Assembly: GCA_038882955.1 (NCBI GenBank)
Contig: JAVZNC010000001.1
Span: 309,775-373,774, forward strand
Origin: Candidatus Bathyarchaeia archaeon
GTDB lineage: Archaea > Thermoproteota > Bathyarchaeia > Bathyarchaeales > Bathycorpusculaceae
Length of the DNA: 64,000 nucleotides
Direction of reading: 5' to 3'
The translations under genes were made by a program, and so were the position numbers. The notes under the pieces are model-generated. The model made no database searches. It was not told the DNA's origin and saw only the letters and a program-made list of their open reading frames with translations. Shown in pieces: positions 9,053-19,238 of this stretch (the stretch's first letter is position 1; the number at the start of each line of letters is the position of its first letter).

Positions 9053-10882
9053 TTACTTGACCGTGACGGACTTCGCAAGATTCCGCGGAGTGTCTGGATT
9101 ATGCCCACGTTCAATAGCCATGTAGTAGGCTAATAGCTGAAGCGGGATTACAAAGGGTATCGGTGAAAGCACGTCTGGAATACCCCTTGGAACTTCAACC
9201 CAATCATCAGCCAAACCCTTTATCTCCTCGTCGCCCTCCTCAATAACCGCTATTATTGATGCGCCTCTAGCTTTCATCTCCATAATGTTTCCAATGAGCG
9301 TCTTACGCGTATCGTCCTTTGGGCATATGAAAACAACTGGGAAGTCTGGCTCTACGAGGCTTATTGGTCCATGTTTGCTTTCTCCAGCTGGAAAGGCTAT
9401 TGAAGGCACATAGGCGATTTCCATGAGCTTAAGTCTGCCTTCGTAGGCTGTTGCGGTGCTTATTCCCCGTCCAAGGAAGAAGAAGATTTTGGCGTCCTTG
9501 TATTTTTTGGCAATTTGCTTTACCTTTTCCTCTTGTGTGCGGATTATGGTTTCGACGATTTCTGGCAGTTTTTCCAGCCGTTCAGCAATAAAGTCCATCT
9601 CATCCTGTGATATTTTGCCCCTCTTTTTGGCTAGTCTTAGGGCGAGTTGGGCTAGCACGGAAAGTTGCGCCGTGAAAGTTTTTGTTGCCGCCACGCCTAT
9701 TTCTGGACCAGACTGTTGACCAATATAGACTCGTGAAACACGCGTGAGCGTTGAACCGATAACGTTTGTCAGTCCGAGGATTGTTGCTGCCCGCTGTCTT
9801 GCGCAGTTTACAGCCGCCAACGTGTCCGCGGTCTCGCCAGATTGGCTCACAGCCAAGATTGTGCTGTCAATGTTCACTGACTTTCCATGCTGTTCAACAA
9901 ATTCTGAGGCGATAACGGGATATGTTCCCAAAAAGGCAAGTTTGGAAAACATATAAGAAGCCGCTAAACATGCGTGGTAGCTTGTTCCACAAGCTACGAG
10001 GAATACTTCGCGTGCTCGGTCAAGGAATGTTGCCATGAGGTCTAGGTAGTGTTCTTGAAGCCGCAATGTGTTTCTTAAAACTGCTGGTTGCTCGTGAATC
10101 TCCTTAAGCATGAAATGTGGATATCCTTGTTTTACAGCCATTTCAGGCGTCCAATCGACAACTTTTGGTTCACGCAAGACTGGGCTTGAGTCGACAATCT
10201 TCCTAATTTCATAGCCTTCTGTCGACAGCGTGACAATTTCGCCATCTTCAATTACAACTACCCTATTTGTCAATGGTAGAAAAGCTGGAATGTCAGAGGC
10301 GCAGTAAATTGCGTTTTCGCCGACGCCTAGCACTAGTGGGCTTTCATGCCTCGCGCAAACTATTTTATCTGGTTCCTTTGTGGAGATCACGGCTATTGCA
10401 TATGAACCGTCGAGCCGCTTAACGCTTTCAAGAACAGCCTCGGCTAGGCTCATATGCGGGTTAGCCTTCAAATTCTCCTCGATTAGATGGGCTATAACTT
10501 CGGTGTCCGTCTTCGACTTGAAAACATGCCCACGGTTTTCCAGCTCCGCTTTCAGTTCTGTAAAGTTTTCTATTATGCCATTGTGGACAACAGCAATTTG
10601 CCCACTGCAATCAACATGTGGGTGCGCGTTTATTTGTAGTGGTGCGCCGTGAGTTGCCCATCGTGTATGCCCAATGCCGACGTTGCCAGGCAAATCGTCC
10701 AGATTGTGGATTTTGTGAACTTCTTCGATCTTTCCGCTGTCCTTTTTCACGTATAAAACGCTGTTGTGAATTGTTGCTTCGCCCACTGAATCGTAGCCGC
10801 GGTACTCCAGCCGTTCAAGCGCAGCGTGTATTGTCGGCGCGGCGTTTCCGTCCTTTAATATACATCCGAATATTCCGCACAT
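9053..10882 (-). CDS. glmS: glutamine-fructose-6-phosphate aminotransferase
   Basis: MCGIFG, LEYRGYDS, GHTRWATHG, SQSGETADT, PRNLAKSVTV. Confidence 0.97.
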   Translation of the reverse strand: MCGIFGCILKDGNAAPTIHAALERLEYRGYDSVGEATIHNSVLYVKKDSGKIEEVHKIHNLDDLPGNVGIGHTRWATHGAPLQINAHPHVDCSGQIAVVHNGIIENFTELKAELENRGHVFKSKTDTEVIAHLIEENLKANPHMSLAEAVLESVKRLDGSYAIAVISTKEPDKIVCARHESPLVLGVGENAIYCASDIPAFLPLTNRVVVIEDGEIVTLSTEGYEIRKIVDSSPVLREPKVVDWTPEMAVKQGYPHFMLKEIHEQPAVLRNTLRLQEHYLDLMATFLDRAREVFLVACGTSYHACLAASYMFSKLAFLGTYPVIASEFVEQHGKSVNIDSTILAVSQSGETADTLAAVNCARQRAATILGLTNVIGSTLTRVSRVYIGQQSGPEIGVAATKTFTAQLSVLAQLALRLAKKRGKISQDEMDFIAERLEKLPEIVETIIRTQEEKVKQIAKKYKDAKIFFFLGRGISTATAYEGRLKLMEIAYVPSIAFPAGESKHGPISLVEPDFPVVFICPKDDTRKTLIGNIMEMKARGASIIAVIEEGDEEIKGLADDWVEVPRGIPDVLSPIPFVIPLQLLAYYMAIERGHNPDTPRNLAKSVTVK

Positions 10883-11044
10883 GCCTAAGCCTCATCGCCT
10901 TTATTGGTTTTGTAAGCTTTACTCGAAGGCTTTTCTGCAAATAAGGTTTTTTAAGAGAAAAATTCAAGCTCTAAAAACTTTTTAAGAATATGAAGCCGTC
11001 TTGTTCATCGTTTAGTGTATGCTTTTGTTTCAACTATTCGTTTA

Positions 11045-11068
11045 CCATAATAAAAATTTTTATAATGG
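11045..11068. promoter_or_regulatory. 24-bp near-perfect palindrome over a TATA box (candidate operator)
   Basis: CCATAATAAAAA|TTTTTATAATGG, 11 of 12 pairs; 26 bp upstream of the HTH gene at 11095. Confidence 0.6.
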
Positions 11069-11094
11069 ATTAACATCTATAGACGCGAAGAAAA

Positions 11095-12060
11095 ATGCAC
11101 AAAAAACTGTTGGTCCACGAGGAAGACAAAGTTCAGAAAGCAAAAGAAATCATGGTGGTTGAAGACCCGCAGAAGCTCAAGATGATGGTGGGAAGGCTAA
11201 GCTGGAAAATTCTGGTTATGCTTTCTGAAAGGGAGATGTATCCTCTGGAAATTGCGAAGACGCTTGGGGTTCATGAACAGAAGGTTTACTATCACATCAG
11301 GAAACTTGCGAAAGCTGGAGCCATAGCAGTTGCAAAGGAAGAGGAAAAGAAAGGCGCGATAGCAAAATACTACAGGGTTGTGGCGCCCGCGTTTGGCATA
11401 GAACTCCCACAAAAATATAGGACAATAAAGAAGGTTCCACTCGAAAAGATAGACGAGCAAATCCAAAAGTTTTTCAAAGAATTCATAAGAGACGACGGAA
11501 CATTCGAAGGAAAAATTGTTGTCGGCAGTCCAACACCACATGGACCATTCAAAACAAGCGCCAGAGACGGACACTACGCGTCGCATCTAACATTCTTTCT
11601 GGGTCAATTTTCAAGAATGCCAGACGAGTTCGCCGTGAAACTCGACGTTGACGTAAAAGCAGAAAAAGAAGAACGGAACAACCTAATCCTCGTGGGTGGT
11701 CCAGGAACAAACTCGCTGACGCAAGAAGTTAACGATTACTTGCCTATTAGGTTTAATATGCAGCCTTCGGAACAAGGCTTTCTGTTTGGCGGTTTGGTTT
11801 CGAGAAGAACAACCAATGTTTACATGGCGGACGCCGTTGGTTTAATAGCAAAGATAGCGAACCCATGGGACAATGCTAAACGGATAATTGTCTTGGCTGG
11901 AAACAAAGCGGTTGGCACAAAGGCATGTGTTTTGGCTCTAACAAACTTTTGGAAGAAAACTTTGAAGAAGTATGGTGGGGAAGAATCTTTCGCAACGGTT
12001 ATTCAAGGCTTTGATTTGGATGGAGACGGCAAAGTGGACAGCATAGAAGTTCTGGAATAA
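11095..12060 (+). CDS. ArsR-like HTH transcriptional regulator with C-terminal alpha/beta domain
   Basis: MYPLEIAKTLGVHEQKVYYHIRKLAKAG HTH; NLILVGGPGTN motif; C-terminal DLDGDGKVD. Confidence 0.75.
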   Translation: MHKKLLVHEEDKVQKAKEIMVVEDPQKLKMMVGRLSWKILVMLSEREMYPLEIAKTLGVHEQKVYYHIRKLAKAGAIAVAKEEEKKGAIAKYYRVVAPAFGIELPQKYRTIKKVPLEKIDEQIQKFFKEFIRDDGTFEGKIVVGSPTPHGPFKTSARDGHYASHLTFFLGQFSRMPDEFAVKLDVDVKAEKEERNNLILVGGPGTNSLTQEVNDYLPIRFNMQPSEQGFLFGGLVSRRTTNVYMADAVGLIAKIANPWDNAKRIIVLAGNKAVGTKACVLALTNFWKKTLKKYGGEESFATVIQGFDLDGDGKVDSIEVLE

Positions 12061-12102
12061 TAATGAAACTCGCCATCTTAATATTTGCGGGTGAAAACCT
12101 CC

Positions 12103-12528
12103 ATGGAAGTAAAAGAGGTTATTATTGCTCGTGGGCACGAGAATATTCGAGCTACGCATAGGTCAACACTTGAAATTACGAGGGAAGCCGAACTTACAAG
12201 AAGAGGCGATTGTATAATTGCTGTTTCAGCGGACAAAGCCTTGGCGGATTTAAGCGTGGAATTTAAAAAATGTCTCTTAAATGAAAAAGCAGAAATAACC
12301 ATGTTAATCGAAGCGGATGAAGTTGCTGAGACTGTTAAAGCCTTTGGCAGTCCAAAGCTGATTTTGACCCATCCAACAGACGTTGTTGTTAGAAAAAGCG
12401 ACTATGTATGCGCGAGAACATTGGCAATAAAAGCCGACAAAGTGGCATGCGACCTTTCAAGAAGACTTGTTGAAAAACTGAAGGACCCACGGCAAAAAGT
12501 GAAAATTACGTTAACCGTAAGCGTTTAA
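12103..12528 (+). CDS. DUF371 protein
   Basis: ARGHENIRATHRSTLEIT, LTRRGDCII, VVRKSDY. Confidence 0.85.
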   Translation: MEVKEVIIARGHENIRATHRSTLEITREAELTRRGDCIIAVSADKALADLSVEFKKCLLNEKAEITMLIEADEVAETVKAFGSPKLILTHPTDVVVRKSDYVCARTLAIKADKVACDLSRRLVEKLKDPRQKVKITLTVSV

Positions 12529-13595
12529 CGAATTGCCGCATCTATTACTGCTTGCCACTCATACGGGGCTGTTTCGCGAACAAGCCTTGAAAAAAGGATT
12601 TTATCCAGCCTACGCCCAGCCTTTTCAACAGTTTGCGCAAAACGAATTTTAATGTCTCCCAAAGATTCTGAAGATTTGACGAAGCTGTAAAAGTGGATTA
12701 CGCCGCCATTCGCTTTAAGCGCCTTGCACGCGGAACTGACAAAATCTATGGCTTTTTCCGGCAAGTTCATAATTACACGGTCAGCGGCTCCAATAAGCAT
12801 CTTTTCAATGATTTCTTCTGCGTCTCCAAGTAGGGGATAAACCTTACCATCAACTCTGTTCAACCGTATATTACGCTTCAACAGTTCAACCGCCTCTGGG
12901 TTAATGTCTATAGCGTAAGCCTTCACATGCTCATGCGTCTTTGCAATCAAAACTGAGAATGGACCAACACCAGCGAACATGTCAATTATTGTCTCGCCTT
13001 CCTTCACTTGCGATGCCACTCTATGATGTTCGTAGGATAAGCGTGGAGAAAAATACGCCTTCGCAAGGTCAACATGGTATTGGCAACCATGCTCTCTATG
13101 AACTGTCACGGTTTTTGGTTCTCCAGCAATTACCGTGAACTCTCTTAGGCGGTAGGTTCCGCTTACGGCTCCAGCCTTGGCAAGAACCGTTCTAACATTT
13201 TTGTGGGTTTCAATTATGGCTTCGCCAATTAAGCCTTTGTGCCTTTCCAGTTCTGGCGGAACTTCAATTATGGCTATGTCGCCAACAACATCCATTGCTT
13301 TTGGGAGACTTGCTAACAAGTGTGGTGGAAGCTTACCCTCAAGATGTTCAATCAAAGTTTTTGATTTCTTCGTTTTTTCTTGGAAAACATAGGTTGTAAT
13401 TTCGTGTCCTAGAATTTGGCTCTGCAAAAGTTTTAACTCACCTTCTGATGGTTGGCGGACAAGTGGAACATAAATGAATTTTTGGTCTCTCTGAATTTCC
13501 AGTTCTTTGTCGATTATTCCAAGTCTGTTGGCTAGGACTATGGCTTTTTCACCTTCACCTTTTTGGATTTTTAGGCACACTGTTTCTTTTGGCAT
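12525..13595 (-). CDS. trm5: tRNA G37 methyltransferase, Trm5/Taw2 family
   Basis: DVVGDIAI, YFSPRLSYE, DMFAGVGPF, DRVIMNLP. Confidence 0.85.
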   Translation of the reverse strand: MPKETVCLKIQKGEGEKAIVLANRLGIIDKELEIQRDQKFIYVPLVRQPSEGELKLLQSQILGHEITTYVFQEKTKKSKTLIEHLEGKLPPHLLASLPKAMDVVGDIAIIEVPPELERHKGLIGEAIIETHKNVRTVLAKAGAVSGTYRLREFTVIAGEPKTVTVHREHGCQYHVDLAKAYFSPRLSYEHHRVASQVKEGETIIDMFAGVGPFSVLIAKTHEHVKAYAIDINPEAVELLKRNIRLNRVDGKVYPLLGDAEEIIEKMLIGAADRVIMNLPEKAIDFVSSACKALKANGGVIHFYSFVKSSESLGDIKIRFAQTVEKAGRRLDKILFSRLVRETAPYEWQAVIDAAIR

Positions 13596-14989
13596 TAAGA
13601 CCCGTAAACCCTCTTTATTTCTTCAACTTTCTCCAAAATTTTCTGGAAAAAAGCCTTGCTTATAAGCCCACGCTCTAAAGCTTTTTCGAGTTTTTCCATG
13701 TCCAAAACCTTGGTTGTGCCGTCTGGCAATATGCAAACGTCAACTTCTAAATCCACGTAGCGAAGTGTTTGTGGGTAAACTTCCACTGGTGTGTTTAGGT
13801 TTATGTATTTGCCCTTAAATGTTCCATCAGCTGAAAAATAGCTTGTCGTTATGTAGAATTCGCCAGTTTCTGTTTCGCTTACGGCTTTGTCTCCAGCCTC
13901 CTTTTTAACGCCTAATCCGTCGTAAAAGCCGTTGCTTCGCATGGTTCGGCTATACCTTAACCCTTTATCGCTGATGCTCTCGATTTCTGCTTGTCCAAGA
14001 TGGAAAACTGCGCCGCTCAGCTTAACGTGTTCAACATCAACAATCGAGCCTTCTTCTGGAAACTCATATAGGATTTGCTGTTTAAAAGCTTCTTTAACCG
14101 CACTTTCGCTTTGACCGTTTTCCAAAAGCTTTTCAGCCATTTCCAAGGCGGATGAAACCCGTCCGCCACAACTCTTGTAGAAATGATGCCCATCCAACGT
14201 TGGAGCAACGCTCGCCCTAAGTTTGTCCATCTCCTTCTTTGAAAGGAACGGAAACTCAACATCCATGAAGCTTAAACCTTCAACCAGAAGCGATGGAGCT
14301 TCTGCCTTTGTTGCCATTTCGTCTAGGGTTTTCGCCTTCTCCACAAGCGCCCTTACCTCATCTTCTAAGGCATTTGTCGTCGCTTTTGCCGACGCTTCAC
14401 GCCAAATAATTCCCCAACCCTCTGGTGCAAGCTTCTTTCCCAAAGCGTAAAGTTCGGCTCTCTTGTTTATGTCGCGGATTTTTAGGCTGACACCAACACG
14501 GCTGTTTTGCACAAGAAGGGCGTATTCTCCAACAATCTTCAAGTTTGTGGTTAAAATTGGATGTTTTGCCCCAATTCGCCTTCTTTCAACCTGAACAAGC
14601 AGAGTTTCGCCTTCCGACGCTTGTAGGTCTGGCTTCTGGAGTTGCCCGACCACGCCTTCGCCTATGTCGACATAAACTATGTCTTCACAGATTTCGGCAA
14701 CTTTGCCCTTGTATATTCTGTCCACGTCGGCAGTCCATTTCCTAGTTATAACGTCTGGTAAAGCCTTCTGCAAAACCGCCTTGAACTTTTCAACAGCTTC
14801 TGGCTTGCCGAGCACTCTCACTCCTTGCATGTCATAGCGGTCTTTCACCTTCACGTCTGGCTGCAGAAAATTGTCCGAGAGTCTAAAACGATTTTTGATG
14901 GCGGAGGATGGCTCAATTATTTCGAAACCATTGTCCAAAAGAAGCTTTGTCAAGGCTGTTGTGTATATTCCTCTGACCTTCGCCTTCAT
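13595..14989 (-). CDS. fau-1: RNA-binding ribonuclease FAU-1 (DUF402 C-terminus)
   Basis: KVRGIYTTALTKLL, GHHFYKS, YINLNTPVE, YVDLEVDV. Confidence 0.85.
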   Translation of the reverse strand: MKAKVRGIYTTALTKLLLDNGFEIIEPSSAIKNRFRLSDNFLQPDVKVKDRYDMQGVRVLGKPEAVEKFKAVLQKALPDVITRKWTADVDRIYKGKVAEICEDIVYVDIGEGVVGQLQKPDLQASEGETLLVQVERRRIGAKHPILTTNLKIVGEYALLVQNSRVGVSLKIRDINKRAELYALGKKLAPEGWGIIWREASAKATTNALEDEVRALVEKAKTLDEMATKAEAPSLLVEGLSFMDVEFPFLSKKEMDKLRASVAPTLDGHHFYKSCGGRVSSALEMAEKLLENGQSESAVKEAFKQQILYEFPEEGSIVDVEHVKLSGAVFHLGQAEIESISDKGLRYSRTMRSNGFYDGLGVKKEAGDKAVSETETGEFYITTSYFSADGTFKGKYINLNTPVEVYPQTLRYVDLEVDVCILPDGTTKVLDMEKLEKALERGLISKAFFQKILEKVEEIKRVYGS

Positions 14990-15014
14990 GGAGACGCCAT
15001 CTCGCTATACCGTT

Positions 15015-16094
15015 TTAGTTTGTTCGCTCAATTTTGTAAAGTTCACCAACCCTTTCAACGTTGAATTTGACGCCTAATATTTCTTGGGCAAGCCAAATGT
15101 TCGTTTCCAAATGGTCTGAAACTCGCCGCGTCAAATAACATGATTTGCCCTGCGCCAAGGCTACGTAGGGAATTAACATGTCAGCTAAATGAACATCAAC
15201 GGTAGGCTTGCATGAAATTTCAGCATAAAGTTTCTCAGCTGCTTCTCTTCCAACGGTTTCGCTTGTTTTTCTAATTTCTCCTATGGAATCAGCGCCAAGA
15301 ATCACGCCAGCGTCAGTTTCAGCCCACAGAACCAAGGAGCTGCCCTTCTGAAGAGGATTCGACCTATCATTCACGATTTGGATTTCCGCCGTGTAACCCA
15401 TTTCTCGCAAGTAGCTGTTTGCCGCTTCTGCTTGACGTTCAGCAACCCGCCTATCAGCTAGGAAAGTGCATACAGAAATGCCCTTCAACTCTTTTACCTT
15501 GCCGAAACTTTCTAGGCGAATAGGCTTCAAATTCTTGTTCGGCTCAACTGTGACGGTTACTTCGCCCATGCCTTTTGGGTAATAACCATACTTTTGAACA
15601 TGCAAGGAGGCGTTTATTCCCATTCGCTTAAGTGTCGGTAAAAGGACAAAACGCAAATAGTTAATTGTAGGCGCGTTTTGAACGTCTGTTCCACCCTTCG
15701 AAACATGAAGTTGCACGGGATTTTCCGCGAAGGCGCATATTGGCAAAACAGTCATAAGCAACATTGGAATGCTTCCAGCAGTCCCAATTTCAGCCTCAAC
15801 CGCTCCGCCGCGCACCTTTTTTGGAAAGAACCAAAGCTCACGCGAATTCAACTCCGCGCCCTTCAAATCTGCATCGCAAAGCCTAGCAGCCGTTAAAACG
15901 GCTTCCAAATGTTGCGGTCTCAAGCCCGGCTGCTGTCTATTCTGCCGAATATTGTAAATGTGCAGTGGTTGACTTGTTATGGCAGCTAAAGCAACCGAAA
16001 GTCTAAGAATCGTGCCGCTTCCACTTTTTTGGCTACCGTCAACCTCAATCAAATGCTGCTTAACCTCTTCTACGTTTTCCACTTGACTTGTCAA
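15015..16094 (-). CDS. rtcA: RNA 3'-terminal phosphate cyclase
   Basis: IEVDGS..GSGTILR, PGLRPQHL, GGTDV, GYYPKGMG, DVHLADML. Confidence 0.92.
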   Translation of the reverse strand: MTSQVENVEEVKQHLIEVDGSQKSGSGTILRLSVALAAITSQPLHIYNIRQNRQQPGLRPQHLEAVLTAARLCDADLKGAELNSRELWFFPKKVRGGAVEAEIGTAGSIPMLLMTVLPICAFAENPVQLHVSKGGTDVQNAPTINYLRFVLLPTLKRMGINASLHVQKYGYYPKGMGEVTVTVEPNKNLKPIRLESFGKVKELKGISVCTFLADRRVAERQAEAANSYLREMGYTAEIQIVNDRSNPLQKGSSLVLWAETDAGVILGADSIGEIRKTSETVGREAAEKLYAEISCKPTVDVHLADMLIPYVALAQGKSCYLTRRVSDHLETNIWLAQEILGVKFNVERVGELYKIERTN

Positions 16095-16146
16095 AACAAT
16101 TAATAAATGGGTTAAGTATTAAGGATTTGGAGAAGGAGAAAGCATT

Positions 16147-16590
16147 ATGAGCAGAGAAGGAAAAATTCCTGAAAAGCTTATTGAAAGAATAGACGAGACG
16201 CTCGTAATTCTAAATCGCGTAGCAGAAGATTTGAGGGAAATATCAATAACGCTGAAGTCAATAGCAGTCCAGCAAATCACGCAGCCAACTGCACCGCCAA
16301 CCGCTCCAACTCCAGCACCCGCGCCTGCACCCACGCCAACACCTACACCAGTGCCAAAAACCATAGAGAAAACGCAGTCAATAGAAGACATCAAGATGAT
16401 GTTCCCAGAAGACTTGGAGAGCCTCCTAAGCTTCGAAGAAAAGGACGAGTACATAATCATAAAACCCAGACAATTTTTGGGTTCAGAAAACTTTGCAAAA
16501 ATAGCCTCGGTAGTACGCGGAATAGGCGGAGACTACGTAAGCGCAGGAAAAGCATCACACTTCAGAGTCCCAAGAAAGAAAACACAGTAA
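16147..16590 (+). CDS. hypothetical protein with coiled-coil, Pro/Thr/Ala linker and small C-terminal domain
   Basis: GGAG RBS; QPTAPPTAPTPAPAPAPTPTPTPVP linker. Confidence 0.75.
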   Translation: MSREGKIPEKLIERIDETLVILNRVAEDLREISITLKSIAVQQITQPTAPPTAPTPAPAPAPTPTPTPVPKTIEKTQSIEDIKMMFPEDLESLLSFEEKDEYIIIKPRQFLGSENFAKIASVVRGIGGDYVSAGKASHFRVPRKKTQ

Positions 16591-16621
16591 ACACACGCCA
16601 AAAATTTGCACATTAAGGTTT

Positions 16622-16900
16622 CTACCAGTATTTTATTTCAAAGTCTTTAAATTCTCCAGTGGGGCGTTCCCAGAAAACTTCCACGTTTGTGACCCGCGCT
16701 CCTGGCGGTCCGCGTTTGCAGAATTCTATGAGCTCTTTTACGTTTTTTTCTTCACCTTCGAACACTGCTTCGACTCTTCCGTCTGGTAGATTGCGAACCC
16801 AACCTTTAACACCACGTTTTTTGGCTTCATATGCTGTTTCAGACCTGAAGAAGACGCCTTGAACCCTACCCGAAACAAAAACGTGGGCTCTAACCGTCAT
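16622..16900 (-). CDS. acyP: acylphosphatase
   Basis: [30 protein letters not shown]; start reassigned to ATG at 16900. Confidence 0.95.
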   Translation of the reverse strand: MTVRAHVFVSGRVQGVFFRSETAYEAKKRGVKGWVRNLPDGRVEAVFEGEEKNVKELIEFCKRGPPGARVTNVEVFWERPTGEFKDFEIKYW

Positions 16901-17024
16901 GGGCTGCCCGACTCCATGTAATTTCAATTTGATTAATTTTCACTTTAACTTAACTCTCTCTGCTGTGCGGTTTTGTCGTTTGGGCGCTTGTTTTAAAAGG
17001 ATTTTTGGCTGAGCGTTTGCTTGG

Positions 17025-17378
17025 TTGGTTGGTGATGCATGTATGATTGAGGATGCTGGTGGCAAGTTGTTGGTTTACGCTTCATCTTTCGCTTTTAATG
17101 GGGGAAGGCTTAGGTCGGTTAGCGCAACCGTTGCGAGGGTTGCTAGGCTTTTGAATCTGGATTTTGAGGTTGTCGCCTTCAAGGGCAATTTCAAACCAAT
17201 ATACGTGTACTACAAAAATGGCGAAGAAGAGCCAATTCCGCTTTACTGCGATAGGGATGGAAGGGTTAAACAAAGCAGCGTTCTCTCAGCCTTAAAGAGC
17301 ATGATGTTTGTTTTGTCCTTTCACCCGCGTTATTCGGCTTTGAAACGCATGCGAAAAGAGATTATGAAACTTTCTTGA
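17025..17378 (+). CDS. hypothetical protein
   Basis: Protein-like ORF (PIYVYYK..EEPIPLYCD) filling the gap between convergent genes. Confidence 0.6.
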   Translation: MVGDACMIEDAGGKLLVYASSFAFNGGRLRSVSATVARVARLLNLDFEVVAFKGNFKPIYVYYKNGEEEPIPLYCDRDGRVKQSSVLSALKSMMFVLSFHPRYSALKRMRKEIMKLS

Positions 17379-17688
17379 ACTTTATTGTTTGATTTTCAAG
17401 AACAACATCATACGTCTGATTTACGTCAAAGTTTATGCCTAAACTCTCATATTCCTGCTCGGTCAAGAACAGTATTATTTTTGGGAATGCAAATTCAGCC
17501 CTAGCTGGAAACATTGGCAACTGCTGCTGCAACGCTTGCAAAACATCTTGCACCACTTTTGCTTCTTCTGTTTGGGGTCTGAGAACTAAATGTGGAAGCT
17601 TACGCTCTTCGACTAGTTCTACGCGCTTTCCAAGGTTGCCGTCCAAATCACGAATGGACTCGATTTTCTGAACCCTAACGCGAAACAT
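17362..17688 (-). CDS. arcadin-1 homolog
   Basis: VELVEERKLP...QLPMF...PKIILFLTEQEYESLG...LENQTIKF resembles Pyrobaculum arcadin-1 (recalled sequence, not searched). Confidence 0.7.
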   Translation of the reverse strand: MFRVRVQKIESIRDLDGNLGKRVELVEERKLPHLVLRPQTEEAKVVQDVLQALQQQLPMFPARAEFAFPKIILFLTEQEYESLGINFDVNQTYDVVLENQTIKFKKVS

Positions 17689-17694
17689 GGGATT

Positions 17695-18897
17695 TCACTC
17701 CATCTCTATTGTTGCTGGAGGCTTCGGCGTAACATCATAATAGACAGCAGCCACGTTGGAGCATTCCCTTAAGACATCTTCCGCAGCTTTATCAAGCGTA
17801 GCCCACGGGATTTCCGAAACTTCAGCAGTTAAGAAATCTCTTGTCTGGACAGCTCTTATGCCAATCACATAAGGCTTTTTCGCTAGCGAATCCTTAACAG
17901 CGTAGAAGACTCTTGCAATCTTCGGGTTTTCTGTAATTAGCCTCTTCTGAAGCGCAACCATGTTCTGAATTGTTGTCTGGTGAACCCGACCATTCATTGT
18001 TTGAACTGTTATGCCAACAATTTCGCCGTAACGCCGCTTTCCGCTTTCCACTCCAGTAGCCTTGTCCCTGAAAATTTTCACCGTAACATTTCTTGATGGA
18101 ACATTAAGGAAACGCGCTGCAGTTTCTTGTATGTGAAGTGTTCCAGAGGGCGTTTCGGACACTTCATTGTCGATTATAACGGCGAAATATTGGCTTGGAT
18201 TATGCGCTGCAAGTTCACGCTCAACGATGGCTGTTGCTTTCTTCAAAGTTTCAAGTTTGTCTGGACGAATTTCGCCCACAACACGAACCGACAAACCTGG
18301 ACCTGGAAACGGTTGGCGCTCAGAAATTTCTGGCGGCAGCCCAAGATGCTTCGCAACCAAGCGGACTTGCCACTTATAAAGGTTTAATAGTGGCTCGACA
18401 ACTTTGAAGCCGTATTTTTCCATGGGATTTATCCCCATCTGCTCCAGAACGTTGTGTTGCGTTTTCACGCCGCCAACTGTTTCGATTATGTCTGCGCGTA
18501 TTGTGCCTTGCACAAGGATGCTGCAGTTTTCGCTTTTTGCTGTTTCGTCTAGAACTTGGTAGAATGTTTCGCGGAACATTTTGCGTTTTTCCTCGGCGTC
18601 CCTTAAGCCTTTCATGGCGTTTAAGAAGCGTTCACGCACATTGACAACTTTTGTTGGAACCTTTAATGGCGGTTTGAAGAGCATTTCAGCTACACGTTCT
18701 GGTTCTCCTTCCCGCATGAATGCGTCATCGAGCATTACGCATACGAGGTTTTCGCCTATTGCTCTATGCGTCAAAACAGCGCATGTTGTGCTGTCAACGC
18801 CTCCGGAAACAGCCACTAAAGCCTTCTCTTTTCCAACAGCTTTTTTTATCTCTGCAGTTTGTGTTTCAACAAATTTTTCAGGGTTAAAGCTTTCCAT
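17695..18897 (-). CDS. guaAB: GMP synthase ATP-pyrophosphatase subunit with expanded dimerisation domain
   Basis: SGGVDS, QGTI, KTQHNV, RQPFPGPGL, YDVTPKPPATIEME. Confidence 0.9.
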   Translation of the reverse strand: MESFNPEKFVETQTAEIKKAVGKEKALVAVSGGVDSTTCAVLTHRAIGENLVCVMLDDAFMREGEPERVAEMLFKPPLKVPTKVVNVRERFLNAMKGLRDAEEKRKMFRETFYQVLDETAKSENCSILVQGTIRADIIETVGGVKTQHNVLEQMGINPMEKYGFKVVEPLLNLYKWQVRLVAKHLGLPPEISERQPFPGPGLSVRVVGEIRPDKLETLKKATAIVERELAAHNPSQYFAVIIDNEVSETPSGTLHIQETAARFLNVPSRNVTVKIFRDKATGVESGKRRYGEIVGITVQTMNGRVHQTTIQNMVALQKRLITENPKIARVFYAVKDSLAKKPYVIGIRAVQTRDFLTAEVSEIPWATLDKAAEDVLRECSNVAAVYYDVTPKPPATIEME

Positions 18898-19238
18898 AAT
18901 TCTTCGCTCCAGCAGTCTTGATGACTAGCTGATTTATCACATTGTGGCTTATGTATTTACCGCCTTCAGGCACCCTTAATAGGTTAGAAGACAAAATGAA
19001 ACTGTATTGTTCGTCTGGCAAACGGCAAACCACCGCGTTCTACAACGGTTTATTTAGCCTCTAGAAATAATATTTTCGGTTGCTTTCAAGTATGTGCTTC
19101 ACAATTTTCACTCTTTAATCACTAAAAATCTATGAGAGAGTCACCGAGTTTGAAACATACTTTTAAAAAAGTCTTTTCCTTAGGACTAAAATCTGCGCAG
19201 AAGTTCCTTTTCTTAGCTGTTAAAGCTTTTCTACTCTT

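Noticed and set aside
18898-19238. Purine riboswitch or C/D-box sRNA upstream of guaAB
   Set aside because: No recognisable aptamer; TGATGA and CTGA near 18919 are only 4 nt apart; a 49-codon upstream ORF has no support
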